DNA from: Clostridia bacterium
GTDB lineage: Bacteria; Bacillota; Clostridia; Oscillospirales; Acutalibacteraceae
Assembly (NCBI GenBank): GCA_900769535.1
Contig: CAAGHB010000110.1
Coordinates: 1-55,895 of the forward strand
DNA: 55,895 nucleotides
Direction of reading: 5' to 3'
Part shown: in pieces, positions 54,902-55,895 of the stretch
Layout of the letters: every line of letters starts with the position of its first letter
Numbering within the stretch: the stretch's first letter is position 1
The notes under the pieces: model-generated
What the model saw: only the letters and a program-made list of their open reading frames with translations
Told to the model about the DNA's origin: nothing
The model's database searches: none
Translations under genes and position numbers: made by a program

Positions 54902-55746
54902 TTGTTTATGAAAAGAACGCCGAGTGTTCCCGGTCCGCAGTGAGCCGAGATGGTGCAGCCGGCGGTAGCTTCGATAACTTCGTCAAAGTAACCAAGTCCT
55001 TTTACGTAGTCAAATACGATTTTTGCATTACTGTTTCCGAGCTCCATCGTGTGTGTAACAAAGCAACGCTTTTTGTCAATACCGTCAAGGTTTTCGAGTC
55101 GGTTTTTTGCATATTCGAGGAGAACGTCACTGTATTTGCCTCTGTATTTTTTCGCAACGTCCATTTTTCCTTCGCTAACCTCAATACAGGGTTTGAGTTT
55201 AAGCAGGTTAGCTCCGAGCATTGCTACTGACGAGCATCTTCCGCCCTTGTGAAGATAGAGAAGGTCGTCAATTACGAATGAAGCGTTAACCTTGCTTATC
55301 AGTTCGTTTATTTTGCTGTAAATCGCCTCGGCTGTTTCGCCTTTTTGTGCAAGCTCAGCGGCTTCTAAAACAAGCAGAGCAATACCTGACGAAAGGTTGC
55401 GGCTATCAACTACAAATACGTTTTCGACATCTTCTGCTGCTAACTTTGCGTTGTTGCACATCGAGGACATTTCCGAGCTGAGACAGAAGTGAACAACCGT
55501 GTTTCCGCCTTCCGTGAGCTTGGTAAAGAAGTCGACATAGTCCTGATAGTTTATAGCGGCGGTTTTCGGTAAAACGCCGGTTTCATCGTGATATTTAAAG
55601 AGGTCGTGAGGCTGAACATCAATTCCGTCGACGTAGGCGGTATCTCCGAGTATAACGGGGCCGTGACAAATTTTAATTCCGTGCTTTTCGGTAAGTTCTT
55701 TCGAAAGGTCGCAGGTGCTGTCAGCACTAATGATAACTTTACTCAA
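54898..55746 (-). CDS. DegV-family fatty-acid-binding protein
   Basis: ISADSTCDL N-terminus; 282 aa; ATGA overlap with ymdB. Confidence 0.9.
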   Translation of the reverse strand: MSKVIISADSTCDLSKELTEKHGIKICHGPVILGDTAYVDGIDVQPHDLFKYHDETGVLPKTAAINYQDYVDFFTKLTEGGNTVVHFCLSSEMSSMCNNAKLAAEDVENVFVVDSRNLSSGIALLVLEAAELAQKGETAEAIYSKINELISKVNASFVIDDLLYLHKGGRCSSVAMLGANLLKLKPCIEVSEGKMDVAKKYRGKYSDVLLEYAKNRLENLDGIDKKRCFVTHTMELGNSNAKIVFDYVKGLGYFDEVIEATAGCTISAHCGPGTLGVLFINK

Positions 55747-55895
55747 AATTCAACACTCCTTATTTGTAACATTATAATTATAAGCAAATATCGATGTTTT
55801 TTCAAGATTTATTTCAAATTGCCTTATATTTCGTTATAAAATTTGAAAAAAATTCATACAATTTTTTTCGGTAGCTAAATAAAAAAATTCTAAAA

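Noticed and set aside
1-55895. CRISPR arrays, IS elements/transposases, toxin-antitoxin pairs, restriction-modification or known defence systems
   Set aside because: No regularly spaced direct repeats were seen in any intergenic gap, and the largest gaps are AT-rich promoter regions. None of the ORFs shows transposase, integrase, nuclease-methylase or typical toxin motifs.

Overview
This 55.9-kb chromosomal window comes from a low-GC, endospore-forming Clostridia-type Firmicute. It carries many sporulation and germination genes: cotJABC, whiA, gpr, spoIIE, a GerA-type receptor operon and a DacB/DacF-like carboxypeptidase. A secreted dockerin-only protein suggests a Ruminococcus/Oscillospiraceae-like organism with cohesin-dockerin complexes, but this is inference only. 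I support about 55 protein genes, one complete tRNA-Thr(CGU), one truncated tRNA 3' end, about 17 intrinsic terminators and several near-consensus sigma-A promoters. Most of the window is core housekeeping: hprK-glcK-murB-rapZ-whiA-dnaE-pfkA, nrdR, rpsT, ispF, cdaA-cdaR, recD2-comFC-mreB. I saw no CRISPR array, transposase, integrase, prophage or recognisable defence genes. The two regions most worth follow-up are described next. (1) At 28.5-30.7 kb there is a tightly packed lexA-like / 85-aa ORF / Y-family polymerase cassette. Its repressor has a UmuD-type Cys-Gly instead of the LexA Ala-Gly self-cleavage site, and its candidate operator does not match the Firmicute GAAC-N4-GTTC box. (2) At 44.6-54.0 kb there is an AT-rich accessory surface-polymer locus. 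It combines CDP-ribitol synthesis (tarIJ), two tandem TagF-family polyol-phosphate transferases, a Wzm/Wzt-like ABC exporter whose ATPase carries an extra C-terminal domain, and a CpsBCD-type tyrosine kinase/phosphatase/Wzz module. Smaller oddities: a single ORF that fuses the GerB-like permease to a GerC-like lipoprotein, an orphan PqqD/RRE-like gene, an nrdR-SLOG(DUF1273) translationally coupled pair, heptamer repeat arrays next to the tRNA, and three conserved operons that lack their usual third gene. All functional calls come from reading motifs by eye; no database search was possible.
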